Below, in pieces: positions 38,217 through 52,000 of a stretch of DNA of 64,000 nucleotides. How positions within the stretch are numbered: position 1 is the first letter of the stretch; every line of letters starts with the position of its first letter. Below the pieces are notes generated by a model. The model did no database searches. It was not told where the DNA came from and saw only the letters and a list, made by a program, of their open reading frames with translations. The position numbers and the translations under genes were made by a program. Source of the stretch: Azolla caroliniana (taxonomy: Eukaryota > Plantae > Polypodiophyta); the NCBI GenBank assembly GCA_043228905.1, contig JBHGNT010000006.1, positions 20,212,001 through 20,276,000 of the forward strand, written 5' to 3'.

Positions 38217-41200
38217 TGTGTCGTATTATATACTCACGTACCAACAAAACACTGCAGAAACGCTTGGAAACGTTCAGAAAACTGTGATTTGAAAAGCATT
38301 GCATACTAGGACAGAAAGGAATAAGGGAAATAAAATAGAGCGAGCAGCGTTGAGTTGTAGCCTACTGAAACAGTGAGGTTGATGCAAGTAATAATGGATC
38401 TAGATCTGAGTAGAAGAAGAAGGAATCGTCAGATTGTACACTTTGCAAAACTGTTAAGAATCGTTTGGGAAAGTAACGATTAAAGAAGCTGCAGATTCGG
38501 ACGGGAAGAAGGAAAGAAAGGAAAAGAACAAAAGAAAGCGGCGTTGGTGTCAGAAACGTGAAGGATAAACTGAGATTTGAAACCACATTGCAGAATCCAA
38601 GGAAGGAAAGGAAAAGAATGGAGAGGGAATGCAACACTGAATCGAACCTTGCCAAAACAGTAGGATTGAGTTAGTATCAATGGGTCTGGATCTGAACTGA
38701 AGTAAGAGAGATTTCAGTCGTATACTTAGATGGTTCGTTAATCACTACAGAAACGTTTAAAGGAAAAATGATGATTTGAAACCATTGAAGAATCTAAATA
38801 AATCGACTAGAATTTTGGATTTGAACAGATGAAGGAAGCTTAAAGAAAACAAAGGAAAACCCACCAACAAGAATTCGAGTCCGAACAGAATAAGGAAAAC
38901 TTTACCTGTAGAGTCGATGAGAAGGGAGAAGCAAAACATGTGCCCAAGCTTTTATTTGAAAGCTAACGTTTGGAATGTTGCAATCTCGAAAGCAAGAAAG
39001 AGGAAAAGGAGGAAGCAATATCAAATATTTGGATCTGAGCAGAAGAGAAACCTTCAGAGAAATAATAAAGACGATCGATGCAGCCGCAAGTGCAAATGGA
39101 TTTCAAACCGAAGAGAAGAAGGAGATTGAGATTTGCAGAAAGGAAGGAAAGTGGGGGGGAGAGGATGAAGAGAAAAGGATTGAGATCTGAACAGAACAGA
39201 ACTATGATTCCTGGAAGGGAACCAAAAAACGTCTGCGCACTGGTGGAGGAGCTCAAAACAGTGAGAAGGAGAAAGAAAGAATGAGCATATGCAATGTGGG
39301 GGGGGAGGGGAGAAAGAAGGAAACCCTTACCTGAAACCTTTGCAATGGAAGTATTTTGTATATCAAACAGCAATGAGATGTCTGCAAGGGAAAGCAATGA
39401 AATAGCAGAGATGAGAGGAAGAGATCATCTGAGAGATGGAATTAGATGAGAATTCAAGCAACTGGTGATCAGGATCCGATCTCTCTGGAATGAAATGGAA
39501 GGAAGGAAGGATGGATGGATGGATGGATTGGGAGGGGAGATCAAAATCAAAGCGATACAGAAGAGAATCGAGAGACAGAGAGACAGAGAGAGAGAGAGAG
39601 AGTTGTGAAGAAGATTTGCTGCAGAGATGGAGGAGAAGCGAGAAGCTATGGTGACAGTGTGTGTGTGTGAGAGAGAGAGAGAGAGGCAGGGGCATTGGTT
39701 GTAATTTGGAAAACCTTGAAGAAGGTTTTGGAGGGGTATTCTGGGAAATATGGAAAAAAGAAGAAGAGATTTCATGTGTCCGGCCGGACACTCTTTGGGT
39801 GGGATGGGCCAATTCTTCTTCTTCTTCTTTCTTCTTCTTTCTTCTTTCTTCTTTCTTCTTTCTTCTTTCTTCTTTCTTCGGTCATTTAGAAGAAAACACG
39901 GCACAGCACGAATCGCACGCACCATGGGCTCGTCCCTAGTAACTAACTTTAAAAAGGCAAACCACACATCGCGCTCTTTCTCTTCTCTTCTGTTACGAAA
40001 AGGGGAAAGAAAATTTGATTCTCTTCGGAGGTTTTCTCGTAAAAACATGCAAGCAAGCTCTCTGATCCGATCTGATCTTGATTTTTGATGGCATATATGT
40101 TGGGGGTGGTATTTTGTGGCCACTATATATTGTGGTAACATACTTGAGGAGGGGTCGCTTTTTACCCTACTTATCTTACCATCAATCGATCACAACCCAA
40201 TCTTCCTCCCCCTTGTGCACACACAAACTATAGACCAGAAAAAACAAAAAAAAAAGGAGCTTCTCTTTTATCTCACCCTCGCCCATTTACCACTTCTTTC
40301 TATTCAATGTATCCTCGAAAATGGTTGTTCCTCATTGCCCGACTCACGTCGTTCCGGGATCAATTTGCAAGAGGGTGATGCAATCATGACCGGCCCTTTT
40401 TGTGTTATTGATAGCATCTCGGCATCATTGAAACGTCGAGAGAAACGTTATAGTGCTAACTGTTCGTTTCAACTCGGCCAACTTTATAGAAATGTCTAGA
40501 CATCGATACACACGATCAGAATAAAGTAACACGGTTCTTTGTTTGGCCTTAAAAAACAAAACTGACTTATGAAAAGCTCCCCGCCCAACTATGTTGCCTA
40601 TAATACAAAGACACCTAATGCAAATGCTAATAATTTACTGAGACCGTTGCATGGATGTTTCAGAACAAATATGTTTAATTTGTAGGCCCTGTGTTGACAA
40701 AGAAGGGAAAGAAATTGACTGCTTAGTGGCCTTTCGACGCGTGCATCGAATGTGAAAAGGATATTAATTCATGTCATATTTTCTCATTCATTCGTGACTA
40801 TATTTTTGTATGAAGTCCCTATACCATTATTTTCCCTTCAATATGCATAAGTATCTAATGTTTCTTATATGTGAAATACACATAGGGTTTTTTTCATTAT
40901 AAGAGAAATGAATCTATGATCGTCATATTTAAAAGCTTGTCAAGCGACCACATTAGATCACATGACTTTATTTATGGATCTAGATGGACATATACACTAA
41001 TGCGAAGATCAATTTAAGTTATGGCTTATACTAAAAGTTTTCGGTTTTGCACGACAATTGACAATGGCATAATCATTGCAATCTCTGATGCCCAATTAGG
41101 GATTTTGCAAAAGCAACATTGTTGGCTCATTTTGGCGTTCATGTGTACATGTGAACATGCTATGTCAAGATATGACATTTGTTGTAATATCACAATGCAA

Positions 41201-42439
41201 TGATATATGTCACGTACATTCATTATCATATAATACAAGACCCATTCAAAATTTGTTGCATTCCTTGCCCTTCTTTACATTACTTAATAGCAATGAAAGT
41301 TTATGAATATCACCTATCTTTATGAAAGACAATGGAATTACAATATGAATCCAAATAGCCAAAATGTAAGCCTCACTTGTCATGATTTTAATGAAACGAC
41401 ATTGTGTCAATTAGAAAGCTACCAAAGTGACATATCCTTTATACAAACAACTTTGATTGTTTGTGCCGATGAAGTAAGCGACACGTTCACCACGAAACAA
41501 GCTTTATCTCCAATAATCTTATTATAGAAGTTATTAGTGTGCACGACAGGAATGGAATAACTAATCTCCCCACAATTGAGCATCCACCGATTGTGGAACA
41601 AAGAGCTACAAGGATAGGGCAAGCCAATTTATGATCTCCAAAAATAATCACATTGAAGTATATGAAATTTTATATGGACAAGGTTGAATGCCATGATCTA
41701 CCCTTAACATAATAAGTAACATTTTGTGAAGTTATGAAGCCAAGCTTCACTGTACAATTGAATTCATACTTGAGGCATTCTTTATCCATCCCAATGCATA
41801 GATGTGAAGCCAAAGTGCCTCGCATGCTAACTCCCAATGGACAAATCTCAAACTTAGCTGCCATGAGAGCACCAAGTAGTCTACCATAACAACTTCTTAG
41901 CATTTAAATGACAAACACACAAAAGGAAGATCAATCATCGTTTTACCATGGTATATACCAACCTTTTCCACAAAATAATATATTATTGTCAGGCACATTG
42001 AGTTCCAATGCACATATTTTAAGATGCCCCCCCCCCTCTCTCTCTCTCTATTGCGATGTTTATCAGTAAATTTCCCAAATATCAAAAAAAGAAAAGAAAA
42101 GAAAAGAAAAGTCACTACACACTACTAATAATATGTAGAAATAAATTTGTTTTGGTCCTACAAGTCACACATAAAAATTACTTCTTTCTATCTCTCTCTA
42201 GAACAAATAAAACCAAAATAAAACCTTAGCTCTCCTAATTGTGCAGAGTGCCCACATGCAGTAGAATCAATACGACACGCTTTGTGGGACTGCCCAACGT
42301 CCCATCGAATATGGCGGGGGGTTGGCTGCTTGTTGCAATTATGCCAGGTGCAAGGCTCAATCAAGTGGGAAAATATATGTTGACTATCATGGCAGACCGC
42401 AATTGGCAGATACGAGCATCAGGAGGAGGGGATGACTTT

Positions 42440-42770
42440 GGTGATAAAAGCACAAGAGGTCTCTTTCTCTTCCAACGGCAATGTCCACTCCACTCCTCTT
42501 AATGACAATTCTCAAGAGGTGTTGGAATTGGTCAACCCAATAACTCTTTGGATTCTATGGAAACAACGATGTAGGCGAGTCTTCTCCAACCAAACCGCAC
42601 ATCCAACAAGGTTACTGCAAGAGATATGGAGTGAAATTGTAGCCACTCTGAAGAGCCAATATGATGGCCTTAAGGGCAGCTCCGAGGGAGTTAGACAACG
42701 AATGGCCTTCCTCCAACAATGGTCGTCCTCTCCCTTTCTTGAGTCAGTAAGATTGAACTATCTTGTCCCT
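42440..42770 (+). mobile_element. LINE (L1-like) ORF2 C-terminal fragment
   Basis: ITLWILWKQRCRRVF resembles the W.IW..RN...F motif near the ORF2 C-terminus of plant L1 elements. Confidence 0.55.
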
Positions 42771-44611
42771 TCAGGGATTTGTACATAATCGTCTCATTTG
42801 TAAAATTTTATAACTAATGGAAGGAGTTTTTTTTTGGAAAAAAAATAAAAAATAAAACCCAAATAGAAGAAAAACCTTCTCTTCTAGTTAGGCACATGAT
42901 GCACTCAATTTTTAAGAGATGGAATGTGGCAACACTACTTGGACCACACACCGATGATATGCTTGCAATAGACATCAAATCACGCCTTAAAGACACACTC
43001 AAAACCACATGGACCGAGGATGCCAAGAATACCAAATCACAATACTATTACCCTTGTGTAATCCCCAACATGTTGGGGGCATCTAATAAAATGACATGAC
43101 ATACTAAAGCACTACATGTCTTTTGAAATACAATACACATATTTTATATAAGGTATATTTATTTATATTTCATGTCAATTCTAAAACAAAGTTACAATTA
43201 CAAAATGCTTATAGTTTTCAACAAATGAACATACTATATAATTCCATGTTCATTTAAGATATATGCACCTCACTTCAATGGCGTTATTTAAGGTGTAGGA
43301 TTAAACACAACTTTTTCAAGAAGAAAACACCACCAAATGTGGCTTACCTAAAGAATATCACGATCATGCAACCTTTATAAGAACGTCATCAAGAAACTTC
43401 ATGTGAAATACAACCAAAAAAGAAGCACAACAACATTATTTAGCCAGTAAAAAGCAATGCACGAATTTCACTATATTTGCTATCAATAAAAACCTTTGGA
43501 ACTAATTGAAATGCACAAAACTATTCAACTTTTAGCCCAAACTAAACTATGATGGAGAAAAGTGCAAATAGTTATTTAGCTAAAAAGGACAAAAATGTTA
43601 TCTAGTCTAATAACTTGTAACTATGTCATGGAAATCGAGCATTGGGCACATGAGTTAAGATGAATGGAAGAGAGGAAAAAATGAAAGGGAAAAAGTATTT
43701 GTTACTAGGATTTTATTTTTGAATATTGTGTATATTTTCTGTCATTTTCTAATATTGATGACATTTGGAGTTTTTTCTTGGATAAATACATATGTACTCT
43801 ACATATTTTTTGGACTAACGCATTAAGTACGACAATAAACAAAAACCATGAGTGATTTGGCATAGTAATTTTAAAGGTATAGTTCGTACCGTACTATTCA
43901 CGAGGCATTATATGTATCCAAATGTAAAATATGCGTACATAAACAACCTGGCAAATCACATGCTCTCATCTCCATTCCATCTAATATGGGAAGGGTAATA
44001 ATTACTCTTCATGCTTGTAGCCATAAACTTGAAATTGAAACTGGAGCGTGGAGAGGACCAGCTAAGCAAATTGCATTTGCACATTCTACGCTAATCAAGA
44101 GATCAAGTACCAAGAGCATCTCTTAATATAATGTGATGCATTTAGGACCATTTGACAATGCTTCCTAATCTCGCAAAACTAGATCACACAACCACCTCAC
44201 ACAACTTCTCCAAGTCAACCGCAACGAACCCATAGGTGAGAAAGAGTTCTTGGGAAGGCACACATTACACATTGTAAATTTAACTTTCATACATTCAAAA
44301 TTCGAGAGAGGACAAATTGTTGCATTATATTTTAACAAATCGATCATGTTAGAACATACACACACCAACACAACTACACACTTTATTTGTTGAAACTATG
44401 GTTATAAATGAATCCATTGCTTTCAATATACACAATGCAAGTGCAAATGTGGCATTGATGTTAATTGAAGTTGAGAAGGATAGTTGCAGATAACGCTACA
44501 ATCATGTGAGAGTACGTGTAAACAAAAATGAAATATTAACAACCCGAACGATCTAAGAGACCAATGTTCTGCCCATATTATCAAATGCATTATGTAAGAA
44601 TGTGATAAAAA

Positions 44612-44835
44612 CTCACCTTAGGATTTGATAGAGAGTTCAAAACCCTACAATCTACACATGCACCTAGTCAAGGTATGTTATTAGCGAGGTTTGAACCCAA
44701 GTTCATCAACCAAAAAAATATATGGCTTTCCATTAATCACCTTAGGATCTGAGAGAGAGTTTCAAAACCACAATCTACAATATCACCTAGTCAAGGTGTG
44801 TGACAAGTGAGGTTTAAACCCGAGTTATAACCCAA
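44612..44835 (-). repeat. Two diverged ~100-bp direct repeats with Pol III B-box (possible SINE remnants)
   Basis: TCACCTTAGGAT...CACCTAGTCAAGGT...GAGGTTT(G/A)AACCC occurs twice; the minus strand reads GGTTCAAACC / GGTTTAAACC. Confidence 0.5.
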
Positions 44836-45933
44836 ACGACCAAAATAGCTTATATAACGTTCTCTTTGCAATCATAGCCTACACAGAGTGGCATCATAGT
44901 GCATGCACAACGGGATGCCTCCATGGATATTCTGTTTGCTTTCATGATTTAACAATCTATATCACATTACACAAAAAAACATAATTATACGATATCACGC
45001 AGTTGGAATCACTTGCCTTATTACAGTAGGGTCTTCTTATTACCATCATGCCCCTCAACATTCATCGCTTATCCTCGCCTTATTATCTCGACATTCTCCA
45101 TGCATTCTTTGTTGGTCTCAAATTGGCTGCTCTATATCCTTGTCCAGAGTGAGCCTCTAGTGAATGTGACATGAGTGCTCTGCACCAATTGCGGTGCCTT
45201 AAAAAGAACTACATTGAAGGCTTCGGTAAATGGTGTTAACAGTCAGATTGTCATAACTATGAATGGCCATGGCACTCCATGCATGCACTTAAAAGTCATG
45301 CATGCTTATAACTGCATTCCAAGAGGGTTTTACTATCTATGGTTAAAGTGCTCTTTTATACTTCCTAGAGTGATTCCTCTGGTGCCTTCAACAATCTATG
45401 TAGCCAGAACCAGCTTTCATATACATAAAGGGCATGCGACCTACATTTGACAATTAGGGGACACACTTTATCATGGTAAGGTCTTGCAAACTTAGTTCAT
45501 CGTGCCTTCAGAAAAATGCATGTGTAATACATTTGTACACATCTCAGAAAACCCCCAACATAATCTAATGTGTCAAGCGTCCAAAGCATTCTGACCTCAG
45601 AAATGTCGAGCTTTATGTCTTTTATGTTTGATATATGACACACATAACAAAGTAATTGTTGACATTGACACTAAAAGACCACAATAGAAAATATATGGAA
45701 AAGCCTTTGGGAGGCCCAAAAGGGATGAACACATGTCCAATGAATACAAAGTTGTTTCTTCATCAAAATTCTGAAAACATAAGGCCGATTTGCATCAACG
45801 TGTAAATTCTATACACTAGATTTAGAACTCAAGTCTGCTATGTCAGGACGCAAAGATATTGTCAATAAACAAGGAAAATTACTTTGAAACATTGTCAATA
45901 AAAACTTTAAAGGAATAAACCTTTCCCCATGAA

Positions 45934-48684
45934 TCACCAATCTTCAAATGTCTCTTCATCTCCTGACTCCTCAGCAAGTTCCATCTCTCTTAGCACCTTA
46001 TTAACCTTTAAAACCAGAATTCAATGCCATGCATCAATCCACATTCAATTCTGATCAACTTGGAAAGATAATGTTTTTCTATTATACCTGATCACCTGAC
46101 AAACGAAGTTGCTCAGCCACAAAGAGGATATGGCAACCATCATGCGAGCTTGTTTTGAGACGAAATCCACACCCCATTAAAGTCTTCTCAAGAAGCTCAA
46201 CAATTGCATCCTGTAATAAATGCACCAGCAAATATTAGAGAGACACGATCCAGTTCCCATTGGTTATGAGATGAAACATTCATCTATGTGAGTTGGCCTG
46301 GTTATTCGGAACCTTCCCATATAATTGTGAAGTCAGGAGTTGAATTTCCAATTACTCCACCATTAGTTGCCAATATTACGAGACAGAAACAGCGTTTAAA
46401 TCTTTTAAAAACCTCAAATATTCAATAATAACAATAAAAATGACCTTGTCCAATGACCCAATAGCATTGCTTGACAAATCACCAATTAAAAGGGAGCCTT
46501 TCATAGCAAGATCCCCAATACCATGTACAAAAGTTTGCAACTTGTCAACCTGCTCATGATTTATACCCTGATAAATAGCACATAAAGAATGTTAGAGCAC
46601 ATTCCATTTAAGACACGCATAATAATTTTAACTCTAAATGTCATTTGATGCTTAAGACTGTCAAAATGAAGGATATGAAACAACTATGCATATTATGGTT
46701 ATGGGTGTCTTTCCTGCATCGCCCAAACACTGGGTTTATCTCCCTGAAAGCCTGCATTTCTCAATCTCTCCGTCCATCCTGTTGGGTCTTCCACCTTGGC
46801 ATGTACATGCCGAATAAGGCACGCTTTTGGAACTGCTCACATTAATAGAACTTGTGCAATTTCAGAATTGTACAATTCATTTCAGATCAAAATCAAGACA
46901 AAGTATCAGTTATGAATGCTAGCAAAAGTAAATGAAATTCACTATCTTTGCATCATGAATCAAAGTGTGAAGCTAGAGATGCTCCTGGAATAGGCACTCT
47001 TTCTCCTGAGCACACATTATGAATATCTCCCAATATTCTCAAATTCTTTTACTGGAGTCCCCCTATTTCCTCTAGATTTTCCACAAACAATCTGCCCAAT
47101 TTTCTCCGGACTTCCCCAAATCACCCTACTTTCTTCAGTTAATGATGAATTATATTCCAAACATCAAGTTGCATGTTTCTTGGTTGTATCTACAACTCAA
47201 CAGGGTCAACTTTAATTATATTTTGTATTATATGTATGTATACTGTTCATGTTTAATATCTAAACTCCTTTTTGATGAACTTATTCATTAAGATTTTTTT
47301 TATTCAAGAAAACTGCACACTTTCAGTTGTTGGTCTACAGCATAGAATTCATGCCTGCTGAAACACTTGTTAATAAGATCATGCCTCTTCACTATCATGA
47401 TCTAAAAAGTCGATCTCCCAGAATGCAAACGTTACATCATACAAAATCTTTACCATTGAAAATAGCATACTTTCTCAAATCATATATTTTTCAGATATAA
47501 AGTAGTACCATCTTTTCCCTTCCTTTCAACCTGAGTAGTGGCAGAGACTTGAAAAATCACCGTTAATGGAGGCCAAGGTAGCCTGTATGGTCGATCATCA
47601 ACTCCATCTGTCAAAAGCACTATCTATCTGTTGTGTATTAGAAGAGCCTTCACTTTCTCAAGAATTATCCTAGGTTTTTCAAGAATAAAAACTTCATCCA
47701 ACCCACCTGCCTAATTTCACTAGGTTTTTGCGCCAATGTATCGATAAGTTTTTCATCAATAAACTTTGTTGCTTCATTTACTCCACTAGAATCTAGTGAT
47801 GAAACTGCATTGCCAAAAACATAACAAGATGAATTCACACTACATATTATTATCAGCTTCATTAAGATCGTTATCTAGGTATGCTATGTACCATCACTGT
47901 TCAGACTAGTTTCATATCAATATTGACACTTGAATTAACAAATTCATTAATATAAAAAACAATCGACACCTCAAATTCATTGAATAATCAATCAATATGC
48001 AAATAATATATTGTAAGTTATCTCCAAAATACTAATTTACCTAGAAAACATACACAAAATAAATCAGACAAACATAACTACGTTATTAAAAACTATGAAA
48101 GAGAAATTACAGGTGCAAAAATTGTATCGAATGGACATGTTCTGAGGAGCCCATAATCAAAACTTCAAAGATTGATTGGAGATGTCCCATTAAAACTGTA
48201 ATTGCAATATAGATTAGGATTGGCCGTGACAATATTTTCGTTATGGATCATTAAGTGTTGGCCATAACAATATCTTATGAAATGTAATAAATCCTTTTGT
48301 GCCAAAAGTATAGACTTTCATATATGTCTCTGTTTTCTCCTCTATTTGTGTTATGGATCATTAGCTGTTGGCCATGACAACATCTTATGTTATCGATTCT
48401 GTAACCGTAACGACTCCTTTTGTGCCAAAAGTATAGCCTTTTCTTACAATCTCTGTTTTCTCCTCTATTGTGGTTATAAACACAAGAAACAATCTAAGAG
48501 AGAAAGAAAGAATAGTCATGATAGAAAGCAAGAGAACAGAATTCCCCTTACTTCTTGTGGTGATGGTATGGGTTCTGCTGAAGTTAAGGCGCGTGGAAGA
48601 GCAGCGTTGTTTGAAGGTCCATGGTTCTACACGAAGGAGATGGCAGGGCACCCCAGCGACAACACCTGCGCTATGCAGACTCAT
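45934..48684 (-). CDS. LCM-family SAM-dependent methyltransferase, plastid-type; possibly pseudogenising
   Basis: Exons 48552-48684, 47707-47804, 47509-47623, 46714-46832, 46445-46567, 46088-46210 and 45934-46005 give a transit-peptide-like start, then ATKFIDEKL, IRQIVLLTDGVDDRPYRLPWP, GFQGDKPSVWAMQG, LAMKGSLLIGDL, LFVAEQLRLSGDQ, EESGDEETFEDW. One donor (46713) is GA. The 5-prime structure is uncertain. Confidence 0.8.
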
Positions 48685-48812
48685 GGCACCTCCCTCCCTT
48701 GCCAGGCAGGGCATTCATTTGCTTCACCTGTATGTATGAATCAGTACATATATGTATTGTATCAGTATGGATGGATGGGGACGGGCTACATGTCCAAGGA
48801 CCAACACACATT

Positions 48813-48948
48813 ATGAATCATGATGATGATGATGATGATGATGGCCACACGATGATGATGATGATGATGATGGACACATGATGGTGATGATGATGATGGA
48901 CACATGATGATGATGATGGACACATGATGATGATAATGGACACATGAG
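48813..48948. repeat. (GAT)n microsatellite interspersed with GGACACAT units
   Basis: Direct reading. Confidence 0.9.
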
Positions 48949-49076
48949 GAGCTCGTGTCTATTCTACATCAAATCATAAAGAGGGTTGGCGAGGGAATCA
49001 CGGCCACAGATGCTGCAGGTCGCTCAGAGGAAGGCGCGCGCGATCTGCACCGTCAGATTTCGATAAGGAAGAACGC

Positions 49077-52000
49077 TGTCGAGATATTACGCAAGTGCGT
49101 GTGGAAACGAGGCGGGACCGCGGGGGTCTCGAACCAAAGAGCAAGCGAGGGAGGAGAAGGAGAGAGAACCGGCTACGCAGGACCGGGGATACACAGGGAC
49201 ACGGCCCTTCAGCACGGAGAACGCGAACAGACACGGACACAGACAGATGCGAATGACTAAATATGTATATTAACAAAATGGCTAACACGACTACAACCCT
49301 CGATGGGGCACAGGTTGGCTACAGCCGAACAGGCCGGCGAACAGATGCCGATGCTTGTTCGCTTCGACGCACAAAGGGGTAGCAGGTTGGAGGTGCTGCC
49401 GGAAGCACTCGGGCGTTCCTCGAAACAGCGCGAGCCTCCCCGGAACCCTGCACAGAAAAGCTATGGAGCTCAAGAAGGAAGGAAACAGAGAGAGAAGCGT
49501 CCAGAAACGGTCCGGCAGCACTTCGTCCTCTCTGCGCGAGATCCCTGCAACAGCTCTTTCCTGCTCCTTATATAGGCCGACGAGCAGGCCGTCCTGTCAG
49601 CTTTATTCCCTGTCCCTTTTGAACAGGGATCCGCTCCGTTCTTCACGCATCCGCGTAGTTACGCCGCCGACTCGTACAGTTCCTTAGCTCGCGCGCGCGA
49701 CCGAAAAGACTGTTCGCGCGGTCTTTGTCTCCACTTGTGTTAGGGCCCGTTCCTGCCGATTATCCTCCTAACTCGCTTCTATGTACAACTTGGAGCGTGC
49801 GCGCGCGAAGAACCGGTTCCCACGCCTTGGTGCGCCGATTCCGCCTAGGGACGGTTTTCTTCACGACATCCGCCCCCACCTAACCGCGCATCCTCCGGTA
49901 TGCGCCAAGAGAGTTGGGACGGAGAAAACCGGCCCGTCTTCATTCCTCGCCCGTCGGTTCTTCCTCGTTTTCGGATCGTTCGTCACTGCTGACTAGGAGA
50001 GCCGGGTCTGGCTCGTCGTCGTGTCGCTTCTTGAACGCTTTGATCCGCTTCCCTGCAACCGGTATCGCCATTCTCATGCCGTCTAGTTCCGCCAGGTGAT
50101 ATGTCCCGTTGTCATTGGCTACCTTGGTCTCCATTCGCGCCGCCGTGATGTACGGCTCTCCCAGTATGACCGGATGCGAAGACGTCTCCTGCACGAAGAA
50201 GTGCTGGTCAATCTCGACGTCGCCGATCTTGACTCGCACATTCGGACAGGCCCCGTGCAGTTCCTCGGTGGCGCGCGTTGCTGCCCTTATTTTCCACCCG
50301 TGCTTGGTGTTGATCGGCCATTTGCCCTTCTTATAGAAGTCCATGGACATCAAATTGATCTCCGATCCGTGGTCCACCAAAGCTATCACCGGTTCCTGGA
50401 CATCGCCGATCTTCACCGGGGTTTCCGTGGTCGCTCGGGCCCAGTGTGGTCTCGAATAGTGGCTTTCCGCCCACTCGTCTCCCAGCGCCATGTCGTCTAG
50501 GTGCGTCGTCCGCACTTCCACCGGTCTTTCCGGTTCTGTCTCCGTTGACAGCCTCTTCCGTTTCACCAAGTCCACGATGGAGTCGTGGAACTCCTTCTTG
50601 GCGATTCCCAGCACCTCTCGTAACGACAGCTCCACCTTGCTGTCGAGGATCCGTTCCTCCAGGACCTTTCGTAAGTCTGTGGTCCTTTCTATCTCCGTCC
50701 CCAGACGGTACCCGCCCTTCTGGGGTTTATCTTGCGTACCGGCCCCGCCGGCTTCGTCCCGTCGTGGCCCGGACCGGGTCTCGTATCGTTGTGAGGGCCC
50801 GGTCGTCCCGGGTTTCCCCACCCGCTTCTCTTCTACCAGAGCCTCGTAGTTCTGGCAAGCGGCTTCCACGAAGCCCGTCTTTTCCTCGACCGGGTCGCTC
50901 CACCCGGTCATCTCCCGTACCCGTTTCTCCGCACGGTCCGATTCCTCCCTTTTAAGCCTTGCACCGGCAAGGCCTTCCAGCATCGTCGGCCAGAATCCGG
51001 CTTTGCTTTCCCTTCGGGCCTCGCCGCCCCCGACTCGAATGCCGGCCGACGCCGAGTAGTGGACGGTTTCCGCGTGTCGGGCCGCCGCCTCTTCCATCAA
51101 CCTTTTCATACCACCTCGCCCGTCGTTTCGGCTCAGGGCCCTTCGGGTGTCGCTGGCATGCACCCGTCCTTCCCACAGGTACACCACCCTGTTCCTCAGC
51201 GCCTCCGCGAAGTCGCCGCAGTCCTTCCGAATGTGGCCGACTTCATCGCACCACATGCACCTGTTTCCTGCCGCCGGCCGTCGGTCACGAGCCGGTTCGC
51301 CACCTTCCCTTCGGGCTTGCGCGATTTGGAGGTCCTTTATCGCCCTCGTCAATTCCTCCAGCGCCGCTCCTCCGGTTGAGCCTCTGACTACGCCGGTCGA
51401 AGCCGAACCGATTTCCAACCACTCTCGGGTCTCTTCCTTTCGCACCTGTGGCGCTGGTTCGAGCTTCCTTGCTGCGACCGAGCCCGACCCGGTTGCCCCG
51501 TTATCCGCCCATTCTCGCCGTTTGTCGAAACGGCCACAGACTTTTTTGACAGCCGCCCAGTCGGTAGTGAGCCCGTCTTCGGTTTCCAGCAAGAGGCCCA
51601 CTTGCTCCCGATCCCGCTCGTCGACCGACTTGACAAACAGCAAGACCCGGCTCGTGTCCAGGATGGTTCGGTCGAGCGCCGAAAGGCGCGCAAAGTTTTC
51701 CTCGAACTCCCGGAGGAGTGCCGACGCGTTTCTTCCCTTCCCCGGGGACTCCACCCATTCCATAAACCTTCGCTTCGAAAGCCGGAGCGCGTCGTCCAGC
51801 CCGTATTTCTCTAGGAGCCGACCTTCGAACTCCTCCCAGGTACGGCTCTCCGCCCGCACCTCGAGCACCTCCGCATGGATGCTCGGCATCGCCACTCGGG
51901 GAAATCCGGCAAGACGCCTTTCTTCCGGAATGTCCCGCATCAGCATCTCTGCACCGTAGGACGCCAAATACTTTGTGGCATCCTTCCCATCGAACCGGCC

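Noticed and set aside
38362-40141. ORFs of 60-238 aa upstream of ILK
   Set aside because: Low-complexity purine/pyrimidine tracts of the 5-prime UTR, its intron and the promoter.
47624-47706. Apparent premature TAG and frameshift in the methyltransferase
   Set aside because: Explained by an 83-nt GT-AG intron; the TAG is the acceptor.
48111-48196. Possible extra methyltransferase exon
   Set aside because: Bounded by AG/GT, but its phase does not fit the neighbouring exons and the most plausible frame has a stop.
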